A stretch of 64,000 nt of DNA from Abditibacterium sp. (GTDB taxonomy: Bacteria > Armatimonadota > Abditibacteriia > Abditibacteriales > Abditibacteriaceae), in assembly GCA_965199495.1 (NCBI GenBank), contig CBDASK010000003.1, forward strand, positions 288,001-352,000. Reading direction: 5' to 3'. Below the pieces are notes generated by a model, which worked only from the letters and a program-made list of their open reading frames with translations, was not told where the DNA came from and did no database searches. The translations under genes were made by a program, and so were the position numbers. This document shows, piece by piece, positions 52,590-61,209 of this stretch (the first letter of the stretch is position 1; each line of letters starts with the position of its first letter).

Positions 52590-55205
52590 ATGTGGCAAAG
52601 ATTTACTGAACGCGCCCGTCGCGTTATTCTGCTCGGACAGGAAGAAGCAGGCAAAATGAATTCGGGCCACGTTGGAACCGAACATTTGTTGCTCGGACTC
52701 GTGCGCGAAAACGAAGGCGTCGCCGCGCAGGTTCTCACCAAAATGGGCGTTTCGCTGGCCAAAGTGCGCACCGAAATCGAAGGAGAAGTCCAGCCCGGCT
52801 CCGATCCGACATCGGGCGAACCGAAACTGACGCCCAAAGCCAAACGCGTGTTGGAACTGGCTGCCGACGAAGCGCGCCGGATGCGCCATAATTATATCGG
52901 GACGGAACATTTGCTTTTGGCGCTATTGCGCGAGAAAGACGGATTGGCGGCGACGGTTCTGCGCCGATTGGGCTTGAACTTGGAAAAGGCGCGCGCGCAG
53001 GTCATGGAGTATCTCGGCCCCGAAGCGCCCGGTAGCGAAGGCGAACGCGGCCCGGAAAAAGCGGGCGTCGGCGGTGGCCGCGAGGGCAATGAGCGCGGCG
53101 AACGCGGTGGCAAAACCGGTCGCTCGCAAACGCCCGCGCTCGATTCGTTCGGTCGCGACATCAACCAACTGGCCCAGGAAGGCAAACTCGATCCGGTCAT
53201 CGGGCGCGAGGCGCAGATTGATCGCGCGATTCAGATTTTGTGTCGGCGCGGCAAGAACAATCCGGTTCTGGTCGGCGAACCCGGCGTCGGCAAAACTGCG
53301 ATCGTCGAAGGTTTGGCGCAGCGCATCGTCTCGCGCGACGTGCCCGAACCTTTGTTGGACAAGCGCATCATCGCGCTCGATTTGGCAAACGTCGTGGCGG
53401 GCACCAAATATCGCGGCGAATTTGAAGAGCGCATGAAGCGCATTATGTCCGAGATTCGCGCGAGCAACGGCAAAATTATCGTCTTCATTGACGAGTTGCA
53501 CACCATTATCGGCGCGGGCGCCGCCGAAGGCGCCATTGACGCCAGCAATATGCTGAAACCGGCTCTGGCGCGTGGCGAAATGCGTTGTATGGGCGCGACA
53601 ACGTTGGACGAATATCGCAAATACATCGAGAAATCGGGCGCCTTAGAGCGTCGTTTTCAGATGGTTTTGGTGCCGGAACCGACGGTGGAAGACACGATTG
53701 AGATTCTGAAAGGCTTGCGCGGGCGCTACGAAGATTTTCACAAAGTTCGCATCACCGACGAGGCGCTCAAGGACGCAGTGGATTTGTCGCAGCGTTACAT
53801 CACGCAGCGCCAGTTGCCCGACAAAGCGATTGACTTGATTGATGAAGCCGGTTCGCGCGTGAAATTGCGCGTGGCTTTGCCGCCCAAAGAAATCCGGGAA
53901 CTGACGCGCGAGTTGGACGAAATCAATACGCAGAAGGAAGATGCGGTCAACTCGGACGAATACGAGAAAGCAGCCACGTTGCGTGACAAGGCCAGCGAGT
54001 TAGAAGACAAGTTGACCGAAGCGCAGGAGCGTTGGCAGGCCGAGCGCGAAGAAGAAGAGGGCGACGACCAACCGACCGTCACAGAAGACGACATCGCCTC
54101 GATTGTCTCAGAGTGGACGGGCGTGCCAGTTAAGAAATTGACCGAGGCCGAAACCGCCAAATTGCTGCGTATGGAAGACGACCTGCACGAGCGCGTCGTT
54201 GGTCAGCACGAAGCGATTAAAGTTGTGTCCAAAGCCGTGCGTCGTGGTCGCGCCGGGTTGAAAGACCCGAAACGTCCGATTGGCGTGTTCATGTTCGTCG
54301 GCCCAACCGGTGTCGGCAAAACCGAGTTGGCCAAAGCTCTGGCCGAGTTCTTGTTCGACGACGAAAGCGCGCTGATTCGTCTCGATATGAGCGAGTATTC
54401 CGAGCATTTCAACGTGTCGCGGATGCTGGGTTCGCCTCCCGGCTATGTCGGCTACGACGAGGGCGGACAGTTGACGGAAGCGGTGCGTCGCCGGCCTTAT
54501 TCGGTCGTGTTGTTCGACGAAATCGAGAAGGCTCACCCCGATATTTTCAACACGCTGTTGCAAATTTTCGAGGACGGTCGCCTCACCGATTCGCAGGGTC
54601 GCGTGGTGGATTTTAAGAACACTGTCATCATTATGACGAGTAACGTCGGCACGGCGGATTTGGGCAAGGGCATCGGTTTCCGTGGTGGCGAGGACGCGAA
54701 TGGCGAATCGGATTCGGCGTATCGCGCGATGAAGGGCAAAGTCATGGACGCCTATAACAAGGCGTTTCGCCCCGAACTGCGCAACCGCATTGACGAAGTC
54801 ATTGTGTTCCATCACCTCGACCGCCAAGAGATTTATCAAATCGTGTCGCAGTTTTCCAAGCGCATTACCGACGAGGTCGTGCGCCGCGATATGCAACTCG
54901 AATTTCTGCCGCGAGCCGTCGAACTGCTGGCTAAAGAAGGTTATGACCGTCAGTTCGGAGCGCGCCCGTTGCGTCGCGCCGTGCAGCGATTGGTCGAAGA
55001 CCCGTTGGCCGAGCGGTTGTTGATGGGCGAATACAACGCGGGCGAAACGGTTTATGTGGACGCGCAAAACGGCGAAATGGTGTTCACGACCGAAAAACCC
55101 GAAGATGGCGGCGAACTGCCGGTGGCTGTTGGCGCTGACGGTGAGGGCAACGAGCCACCGTCGAGCGATGACGAGTTGACGCTCAATAAGTTGATGAGCG
55201 AATAA
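52590..55205 (+). CDS. clpC: ATP-dependent Clp protease ATP-binding subunit ClpC
   Basis: N-domain, GEPGVGKT, short UVR-type M domain ([10 protein letters not shown]), [11 protein letters not shown] ClpP-docking loop. Confidence 0.95.
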   Translation: MWQRFTERARRVILLGQEEAGKMNSGHVGTEHLLLGLVRENEGVAAQVLTKMGVSLAKVRTEIEGEVQPGSDPTSGEPKLTPKAKRVLELAADEARRMRHNYIGTEHLLLALLREKDGLAATVLRRLGLNLEKARAQVMEYLGPEAPGSEGERGPEKAGVGGGREGNERGERGGKTGRSQTPALDSFGRDINQLAQEGKLDPVIGREAQIDRAIQILCRRGKNNPVLVGEPGVGKTAIVEGLAQRIVSRDVPEPLLDKRIIALDLANVVAGTKYRGEFEERMKRIMSEIRASNGKIIVFIDELHTIIGAGAAEGAIDASNMLKPALARGEMRCMGATTLDEYRKYIEKSGALERRFQMVLVPEPTVEDTIEILKGLRGRYEDFHKVRITDEALKDAVDLSQRYITQRQLPDKAIDLIDEAGSRVKLRVALPPKEIRELTRELDEINTQKEDAVNSDEYEKAATLRDKASELEDKLTEAQERWQAEREEEEGDDQPTVTEDDIASIVSEWTGVPVKKLTEAETAKLLRMEDDLHERVVGQHEAIKVVSKAVRRGRAGLKDPKRPIGVFMFVGPTGVGKTELAKALAEFLFDDESALIRLDMSEYSEHFNVSRMLGSPPGYVGYDEGGQLTEAVRRRPYSVVLFDEIEKAHPDIFNTLLQIFEDGRLTDSQGRVVDFKNTVIIMTSNVGTADLGKGIGFRGGEDANGESDSAYRAMKGKVMDAYNKAFRPELRNRIDEVIVFHHLDRQEIYQIVSQFSKRITDEVVRRDMQLEFLPRAVELLAKEGYDRQFGARPLRRAVQRLVEDPLAERLLMGEYNAGETVYVDAQNGEMVFTTEKPEDGGELPVAVGADGEGNEPPSSDDELTLNKLMSE

Positions 55206-55429
55206 TTGTTGGATCAAGTAAGCGGCCCGTCTTGAAAAAGGCGGGCCGTTCTTGTTTTTAGGATAGATTCCAAGGCATCCAACGCGCGTGAACTGGAACT
55301 GTGCCGCGTGGCTCAACGGTTCCGATGGTTGAAGATTTCCGCGGGCTACGCCAGACTACGCAAATACCTTATGTTAAGCCCGGTAAATATGAAAATCGCC
55401 GCCAGTTCCCAAATCCTTTTGAGATGTGT

Positions 55430-56638
55430 ATGAACTCCGCAACCTTTGAACGCCCAATTCCAGATCGTCTGCACTATCTCGATGTGCTGAGAGGATTCGC
55501 GGCCTTTTGCATTGTTGTTTATCATTGGCAACATTTCACTTTCCACGGTGTTCATCCAACAAATTTCGATCATCGTTTGTTGCCTTTTTACGCGCTTCTC
55601 AGCCCATTGTATGAGCAGGGAAATCGAGCGGTTCAACTTTTCTTTTGTTTGTCGGGATTCATATTTTTCTGGCTCTACGCCAAACCCATCGCACAACGCG
55701 AAGTCGGATTAGCAAAGTTTGCCTGGCTGCGGTTTTCTCGCCTTTATCCTCTCCACTTCGTGACATTGATCCTTGTTCTCGTGGGTCAATTTTATTTCAA
55801 ATCAAATTACGGCCATTTCTTCGTTTACCCGTTCAACGATGCTTACCATTTCGTGCTTCAACTGTTTTTTATGTCGCACTGGGGATTTCAGCAAGGTCAA
55901 TCGTTCAACGCGCCCATCTGGTCGGTTTCCATAGAAGTTTTAATTTACATTTTCTTCGCCCTGTTCTGCTTCGCCGGTTTAATTCGATGGTGGCAACTTT
56001 TGTTTATCGTGCTGCTGACTCTTTTGCTGGCTAAAATAGAAAATCCTAACGTTCAAGCGATCCTCTTTGCAGCCACAGCTTTCTTTTGCGGCGGATTGTC
56101 TTTTAAGTTATATCTCTACGCGCACAAACGTAAATTTCTATGGAACAAAACTGGATTATGGATTGTTTTCTTCATCTGCTTAACGACTTGGGCGTGTGCC
56201 CCGTTCATCGCCAACAACCCTTTGCCGCCTCTTTTCTATCGAGTGACAGGAAAGCTGACCTTGTTTGGGAACAATGTTCTGATTTATTTGCTGCTCCAAA
56301 TTTCCCAACATTTCTACGAAATCGTAGTTTTTCCACTAACGATATTTTTCTTGGCCGTCGTCGAATCTTATAAAACTACTTTTATAACCAAGCTCTCTTT
56401 TGTTGGTGAGCTGACCTACTCCTCTTATCTGCTGCATTTCCCTTTGCAATTGACGTTTTATAGTTTGTCCAAACACTACCATCTGAACGCATCCGTATTC
56501 TACTCGCCGGTTGTATTCATCGCCTTTTTCAGCGTTCTCGTTCCGCTCTCGTTTTTGAGTTACCGCTATTTTGAACATCCGACCCAAATTCTATTGCGGC
56601 GCGCCGTGGCTACTACTAAGCCACGGCGCGCCCAGTAA
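55430..56638 (+). CDS. Acyltransferase family 3 (OafA-like membrane O-acyltransferase)
   Basis: LDVLRG, V.LFFCLSG, RFSRLYP, WSVSIE, YSSYLLH, FEHP; AT-richer than its neighbours. Confidence 0.9.
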   Translation: MNSATFERPIPDRLHYLDVLRGFAAFCIVVYHWQHFTFHGVHPTNFDHRLLPFYALLSPLYEQGNRAVQLFFCLSGFIFFWLYAKPIAQREVGLAKFAWLRFSRLYPLHFVTLILVLVGQFYFKSNYGHFFVYPFNDAYHFVLQLFFMSHWGFQQGQSFNAPIWSVSIEVLIYIFFALFCFAGLIRWWQLLFIVLLTLLLAKIENPNVQAILFAATAFFCGGLSFKLYLYAHKRKFLWNKTGLWIVFFICLTTWACAPFIANNPLPPLFYRVTGKLTLFGNNVLIYLLLQISQHFYEIVVFPLTIFFLAVVESYKTTFITKLSFVGELTYSSYLLHFPLQLTFYSLSKHYHLNASVFYSPVVFIAFFSVLVPLSFLSYRYFEHPTQILLRRAVATTKPRRAQ

Positions 56639-56653
56639 ATTTGGTGCATCTAT

Positions 56654-56670
56654 TTGGTATGTCAATTGCA
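56654..56670 (+). promoter_or_regulatory. Putative sigma54 promoter
   Basis: TTGGTATGTCAATTGCA = GG-N10-GC. Confidence 0.6.
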
Positions 56671-56752
56671 GTTATCACAAGGGATATACCCTGCCGTTTG
56701 ACATATAAACCCTTGCGGCAGAAACAAAAACACAGGAGAAAAATACAAGAAC

Positions 56753-57175
56753 ATGGCTACAAACGATAACATTCAACACGGAATAGATGACGATCCCAAC
56801 AACGATGCAACCAAAGGTGGCATCGGCGGCGCCGTTGGTGGCGCGGTTGTGGGCGCATTAGCGGGCGGCCCGGTTGGCGCCGTGGTTGGCGCTGTCGCGG
56901 GCGGCGTGGCTTCGGCGGCGGGCGTCGCGGCAGTTGATGCTGTGGACAACGATAACAACATCAGTGGCGTCGGCCACGGCGTGACGCGCGATGTCGGAGA
57001 TCAGGTCGCTGACGCGACTTATGGTGGCGTTCGCACGCCCGGCAACGATGTGCCCGGCGTGCAGACTGGCGGCGTGACAACGGCGGGCGCCGACACGCGT
57101 GGCATTAGCGAGAAAGTCGCTGATGCCGTGACCGGCGATAATGTCGATGACAAAACCGGCGGACGCGTCATTTGA
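56753..57175 (+). CDS. Acidic glycine-zipper protein
   Basis: AGGAG RBS; GxxxG repeats; shares motifs with 23666-24670 and 24660-25061. Confidence 0.85.
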   Translation: MATNDNIQHGIDDDPNNDATKGGIGGAVGGAVVGALAGGPVGAVVGAVAGGVASAAGVAAVDAVDNDNNISGVGHGVTRDVGDQVADATYGGVRTPGNDVPGVQTGGVTTAGADTRGISEKVADAVTGDNVDDKTGGRVI

Positions 57176-57192
57176 TTCGCGTGAGATAAAGC

Positions 57193-57227
57193 AAAAGCGG
57201 GATGCCTTTCAGGCATCCCGCTTTTTT
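57193..57227 (+). terminator. Intrinsic terminator
   Basis: AAAAGCGGGATGCCT-TTC-AGGCATCCCGCTTTTTT. Confidence 0.85.
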
Positions 57228-57390
57228 ATTCTCCGACTGAGTTCGCCGCGCACAATCGCGCAAGACGCATTTTTGATAAAAATAAGCATCGGCAGTAGAG
57301 GCGACTTACGGTACGGTTAGGAACGAGCGAAAGCAAACATAAAAGAGCGCGCCCAACTGAATTGGGCGCGCTCTAATTTTTTTATTTGCG

Positions 57391-57885
57391 TTACGCTTGC
57401 GCCGTATGATCGGCATCGTGATCGCCGGAAGCGCCAGTCGCTCCGCTTTTCATAGCGTCATTGCCTTCTTGAACCACAGTTTTGAAACGCAGCAAGTCTT
57501 CTTGGAGTTGCGCATCGGGATCGTTGGTTAGCTTGGCGACGGCTTCGCCAATTGGGCCGCCGGGCGCTTTGTATTCCAAACCGACGGTGACGCGAGTGCT
57601 GTTATCATCCACTTTTTCGAAGACGACCGAACCGTGATTTTCGATGGCACCGCTCGTGCTTTGCCATGAGATTTTCTCGTTGTCGATCATCGCGGTTGTT
57701 TTGGCGTCCCATTCGATGGGCACGCCCAAGGGGCCTTTCATTTTCCAATGTGTCAATTCGGGGCCGACGACCTGAATGGATTCGATGTTGTGCATGAAGC
57801 GCGGGAAATTCTCGAAGTTCTTCCAAAACTCGAAAACTTCGGAGACCGGCGCGTTGACGACGATGTCGTGTGTGACTGCTGCCAT
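57391..57885 (-). CDS. SRPBCC (cyclase/dehydrase) family protein
   Basis: VNAPV.EVF.FW.NFENFPRFM, EWDA, I.WQS, DL.RFK; GGAGG RBS. Confidence 0.9.
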   Translation of the reverse strand: MAAVTHDIVVNAPVSEVFEFWKNFENFPRFMHNIESIQVVGPELTHWKMKGPLGVPIEWDAKTTAMIDNEKISWQSTSGAIENHGSVVFEKVDDNSTRVTVGLEYKAPGGPIGEAVAKLTNDPDAQLQEDLLRFKTVVQEGNDAMKSGATGASGDHDADHTAQA

Positions 57886-57928
57886 AATTGTATGTTCCTC
57901 CAACAGTTGGATGGTGAATTTATTCAAG

Positions 57929-57943
57929 GCAAAGCCCGTGCCG
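57929..57943 (-). promoter_or_regulatory. Putative sigma54 promoter
   Basis: CGGCACGGGCTTTGC matches YGGCAC-N5-TTGC. Confidence 0.65.
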
Positions 57944-57945
57944 AT

Positions 57946-58018
57946 TTCAATCATCAAAGACACGAAAAAGGCATCCGGCCAGAAAGCGGATGCCTTTTTC
58001 GTGTCTTTGATGATTGAA
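57946..58018 (-). terminator. 32-bp perfect hairpin downstream of the ECF sigma gene
   Basis: 57946-57977 is the reverse complement of 57987-58018. Confidence 0.75.
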
Positions 58019-58024
58019 GAAAAT

Positions 58025-58939
58025 TTACATATTCAAATACGAGCGCAGCTTTCGGTGCAACTGATCGCGGCCACGAGCGAGGCGGCTTTTGACAGTGCCG
58101 GTCGGCACGCCCAAAATTCCGGCGATGTCGTTGACTTCCATGCCCTGAAAATGGTGCATCACGATGACCGCTTTGTGATCGGTCGAAAGCGTCGTCACCG
58201 CTTCGCGCACGCGTTGTTGCAGTTCATCGGTATTGACGGTTTCTTCCGGTAATTTGCCTTGGTCGGGAAAATCCATCGGTTCGACATCGCCATCGTCATC
58301 GGCGCGCGGCGTATCAATGGACTGAAAACGCACGCGCTTCTTGCGGCGCGCCCGGTCGCGGCATAAGTTCAGTGCGATACGATACAAATACGTCGAAAAC
58401 GCTTCGTCGGCGCGCAACGTCGGCAACGCGTCGTGCAAGCGCATGAAGACATCCTGCGTTACGTCTTGCGCATCGTCGGCATCGCCCAACATACCGTAAA
58501 CCGCGTTATAAATGCGGCGATGATAAAGCTGATAAATTTCCTCGAACGCTTTGAGATCGCCCTCTTTGGCACGCTGCAAAGTTTCCAAAAACGCTTGCTT
58601 TTCGGGCGAAATCGCGCTGGCGCGGTCGGGCGCCTCATCTTCTTCGTCCTCGTCACCTAAATCATCGGCCTCGTTTGACGGCGAAGTCGCGCTATCTTCT
58701 GTTGCGTCCTCGGTTGTTTCGTCGTCCGCGAATTCTTCTGTTTCTTCGTCCACTGTTGTGGCAACTCCATTTGTATTAGCCGCGCTTGCGCTGCTGCCAG
58801 CGCGCGCCGAAGCAGCGAAAGCCGAAATTGAGGCGACGCTCGAATTTTGCGCAACCACTCCTCCAGTCGCTCGTCCTGATTGAGACGCCGATAACGGCGA
58901 TATTCCTGCCTGCATCAATGAACGCGTAGTCAACACCAT
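58025..58939 (-). CDS. ECF sigma-70 factor with Ser/Ala-rich and acidic N-terminal extension
   Basis: GD..AFE.IY, DAQDVTQDVF, FSTYLYRIA.N, GTVKSRLARGR; AAGGAG RBS. Confidence 0.92.
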   Translation of the reverse strand: MVLTTRSLMQAGISPLSASQSGRATGGVVAQNSSVASISAFAASARAGSSASAANTNGVATTVDEETEEFADDETTEDATEDSATSPSNEADDLGDEDEEDEAPDRASAISPEKQAFLETLQRAKEGDLKAFEEIYQLYHRRIYNAVYGMLGDADDAQDVTQDVFMRLHDALPTLRADEAFSTYLYRIALNLCRDRARRKKRVRFQSIDTPRADDDGDVEPMDFPDQGKLPEETVNTDELQQRVREAVTTLSTDHKAVIVMHHFQGMEVNDIAGILGVPTGTVKSRLARGRDQLHRKLRSYLNM

Positions 58940-59306
58940 AAATACTCCTTTTTCGGGCGAAACTTCTGCTCTCCACAAACGAAATTGGCTGATAGAGCCA
59001 TTGACATAAAGGAGAAAAAACCTTTTTAGTTCCGCCAATTTTAGTCGCTGGCAGTGAACTTTCGCTCCCGGCTTTCGCTAAACCGAGGGAGCAATTGAAA
59101 GGCCTAATACTTAATTCGGGACAACAATAGATTTGCTTATCGTCCGCTATTTTGCTATTGCTATTTTTAGAAATAAGCCGATAAGTTTGAATCGTAAAAC
59201 ATTCAAACCTACTTTTCAAAGCAATAAACAATTGTAATGCGCCGCGTTTAAAACGCGGCGCATTTTTGCTATGCGTCATTATATCATGACACTGGTAAAA
59301 ACGGCT

Positions 59307-59543
59307 TCAGTTCTTTTCGCTGAACTCGCGCATCAAGCGTTCGATGCGCTCCAATTTCTTCTCGCACGATTCGATAATTTTATCGGCTTTCTCGCCCGGC
59401 GAAGCCTCCAAGGCCGCGCGAACACGGGCGCGCCACATATAAGTCGAAATCGCCGCTCCAGCCAGCACACCAAGAGCCACGCCGCCATAAACCAACAATT
59501 CGTTCGCTGGCTGTTGCGCATTTTTACCGCCCGGTGCGGCCAT
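59307..59543 (-). CDS. Small single-TM hypothetical protein
   Basis: TM segment plus charged coiled tail; followed by a palindromic terminator at about 59236-59267. Confidence 0.65.
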   Translation of the reverse strand: MAAPGGKNAQQPANELLVYGGVALGVLAGAAISTYMWRARVRAALEASPGEKADKIIESCEKKLERIERLMREFSEKN

Positions 59544-59678
59544 TGCAAAATTACGAGTTAAAGTCATTGTTCTTCTATTTTAACCAAAGCGTGCGATGGA
59601 CGCGTTTTCGCGAAACAAGAAGCGCAAAAAACTCTCCTCGTTTGTTATTTGCTGCCCGCTCATCGCACGCGGTGGCTC

Positions 59679-60110
59679 TTAATCGAGACTATAAACGTCT
59701 TCGTCAATCTCGTAAGTTTTATCTGCGTTATCGGCCTCTCCTTTGGCGTCGAAGATGCGCTTGACGAAAGTCAGCAACTCGATGGGATTGAAGGGCTTGG
59801 TCAGATAAAGATCGGCGCCGCTCTGCCAGCCGTGAAAAACGTCGGCATCCTGCGCTTTGGCCGTCAGCATAATCACGGGAATAGTCGCGGTTTCCGGGTC
59901 GGCCTTGAGTTGCTTGAGCGCCTCGAAACCGTCCATTTCTGGCATCATCACATCCATGACGATGAGTTCCGGTTTTTCCGCGCGCACCATTTCCAACGCC
60001 TCGCGTCCATTGGTTCCCGTCACCACTTCGTAGCCCGCCTTTTCCAGATTGATTTGCACCAAACGCAGGATATGCTTTTCGTCATCAACAGCGAGAATTT
60101 TTTTAGCCAT
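59679..60110 (-). CDS. Single-domain response regulator
   Basis: AVDDE, MDVMMP, MLTAK, TKPF. Confidence 0.93.
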   Translation of the reverse strand: MAKKILAVDDEKHILRLVQINLEKAGYEVVTGTNGREALEMVRAEKPELIVMDVMMPEMDGFEALKQLKADPETATIPVIMLTAKAQDADVFHGWQSGADLYLTKPFNPIELLTFVKRIFDAKGEADNADKTYEIDEDVYSLD

Positions 60111-60411
60111 TTTAATTTTTCTCCAAACGTGTCCGGCTCCGGGAAACGCGCTTTTAGTTTAAGGAATCCGTGCGCCCCGTGAACGAAGATTATAACGCGC
60201 TCCCTGTCAGGCTGCAAAGAAAAACGCGCGTTTTGCCGTCATTAATTTTACACGATGAACGCAATGCACTTTTAATGAGGGGCAATAAAGATTCATTTGC
60301 AAAGTCGTTGCCCTATTATGCTCCCTTGCGTTATTAGAGTGAAATTTCGTCGCAACTCTCGTTATTTTGCTGATTCACTTAAAAATATCGAATAAAAGAC
60401 ATTTTCGCGCT

Positions 60412-61209
60412 TTAATCTCCAAACGCTTCCCTGCCCGTTTTCGTCCAAACCGGATCGCGATATTTCTCTCGTTCTAACTTTTGCGCTTGCTGCGTTTCTT
60501 CATCGCCCAATTTCGAGAGGTGCAAACGGGCGCCGGTAACGCGCTCGAAGCCCTGACAAAGCTGTTCGATTACGTTTTCCACGCCAGTCGAATCGGTGAC
60601 GTTCAGGCCCAAATCGGACAACGAAACGGCGTCGTGCATCGGGCCACCGGCGCGTTGTTCCCATTGCGCGCGGTTAATCGAAAGCAAGAGCGAGCCGTGT
60701 TGCAAAAGCGCGTCGTCGCGGCGGCACTGCGCGGCGCCGATGAGTTTTTTGCCTTCGACTAAAAAATCGCAACTCGCGCTGGCGGCGAAACAGTTCGGCC
60801 CCTGCGTTCGCACGCCCTGCGCCGCCATCTCGACGGGCAAACCGAGCGCGCGCAAGCCTGCCGAAAAACCGTCGCTCAACCAACGATAGGCGCCACTGAC
60901 CGAACGCGCATCGGGCGGCAGACCGTCGAGCGGCATCGCCAGCGCGTAAGTGATTTCGTGCGCGTGCCAGACCGCGCGCCCGCCAGTTGGGCGACGCACG
61001 ACATCCAAACCGAACTCGCCGTCGAAAACGGCAGGCGGCAACGATTTTTGCAAACGGCCCAGCGACAAGCAGTGCGGTTGCCAACGGTAAAAGCGTAGCG
61101 TAGCGTCGCCGCGCGCCGCGCTATGCAACAACGTTTCGTCAACTGCCATGTTGCGCGCGCCGGTGGCTGCTCCGTCGCGCAAGAGGCGCCAAGAATTTGA
61201 ATGGTTCAT
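60412..61209 (-). CDS. Lipoate-protein ligase A / LipM-like octanoyltransferase
   Basis: NMAVDE, LRFY.W, VRRPTGGRAVWH, CF, KLIGAAQ, QHGS. Confidence 0.9.
   Translation of the reverse strand: MNHSNSWRLLRDGAATGARNMAVDETLLHSAARGDATLRFYRWQPHCLSLGRLQKSLPPAVFDGEFGLDVVRRPTGGRAVWHAHEITYALAMPLDGLPPDARSVSGAYRWLSDGFSAGLRALGLPVEMAAQGVRTQGPNCFAASASCDFLVEGKKLIGAAQCRRDDALLQHGSLLLSINRAQWEQRAGGPMHDAVSLSDLGLNVTDSTGVENVIEQLCQGFERVTGARLHLSKLGDEETQQAQKLEREKYRDPVWTKTGREAFGD

Noticed and set aside
52340..52590. CtsR or CIRCE operator before clpC
   Set aside because: No GGTCAAA direct repeat or TTAGCACTC-N9-GAGTGCTAA found
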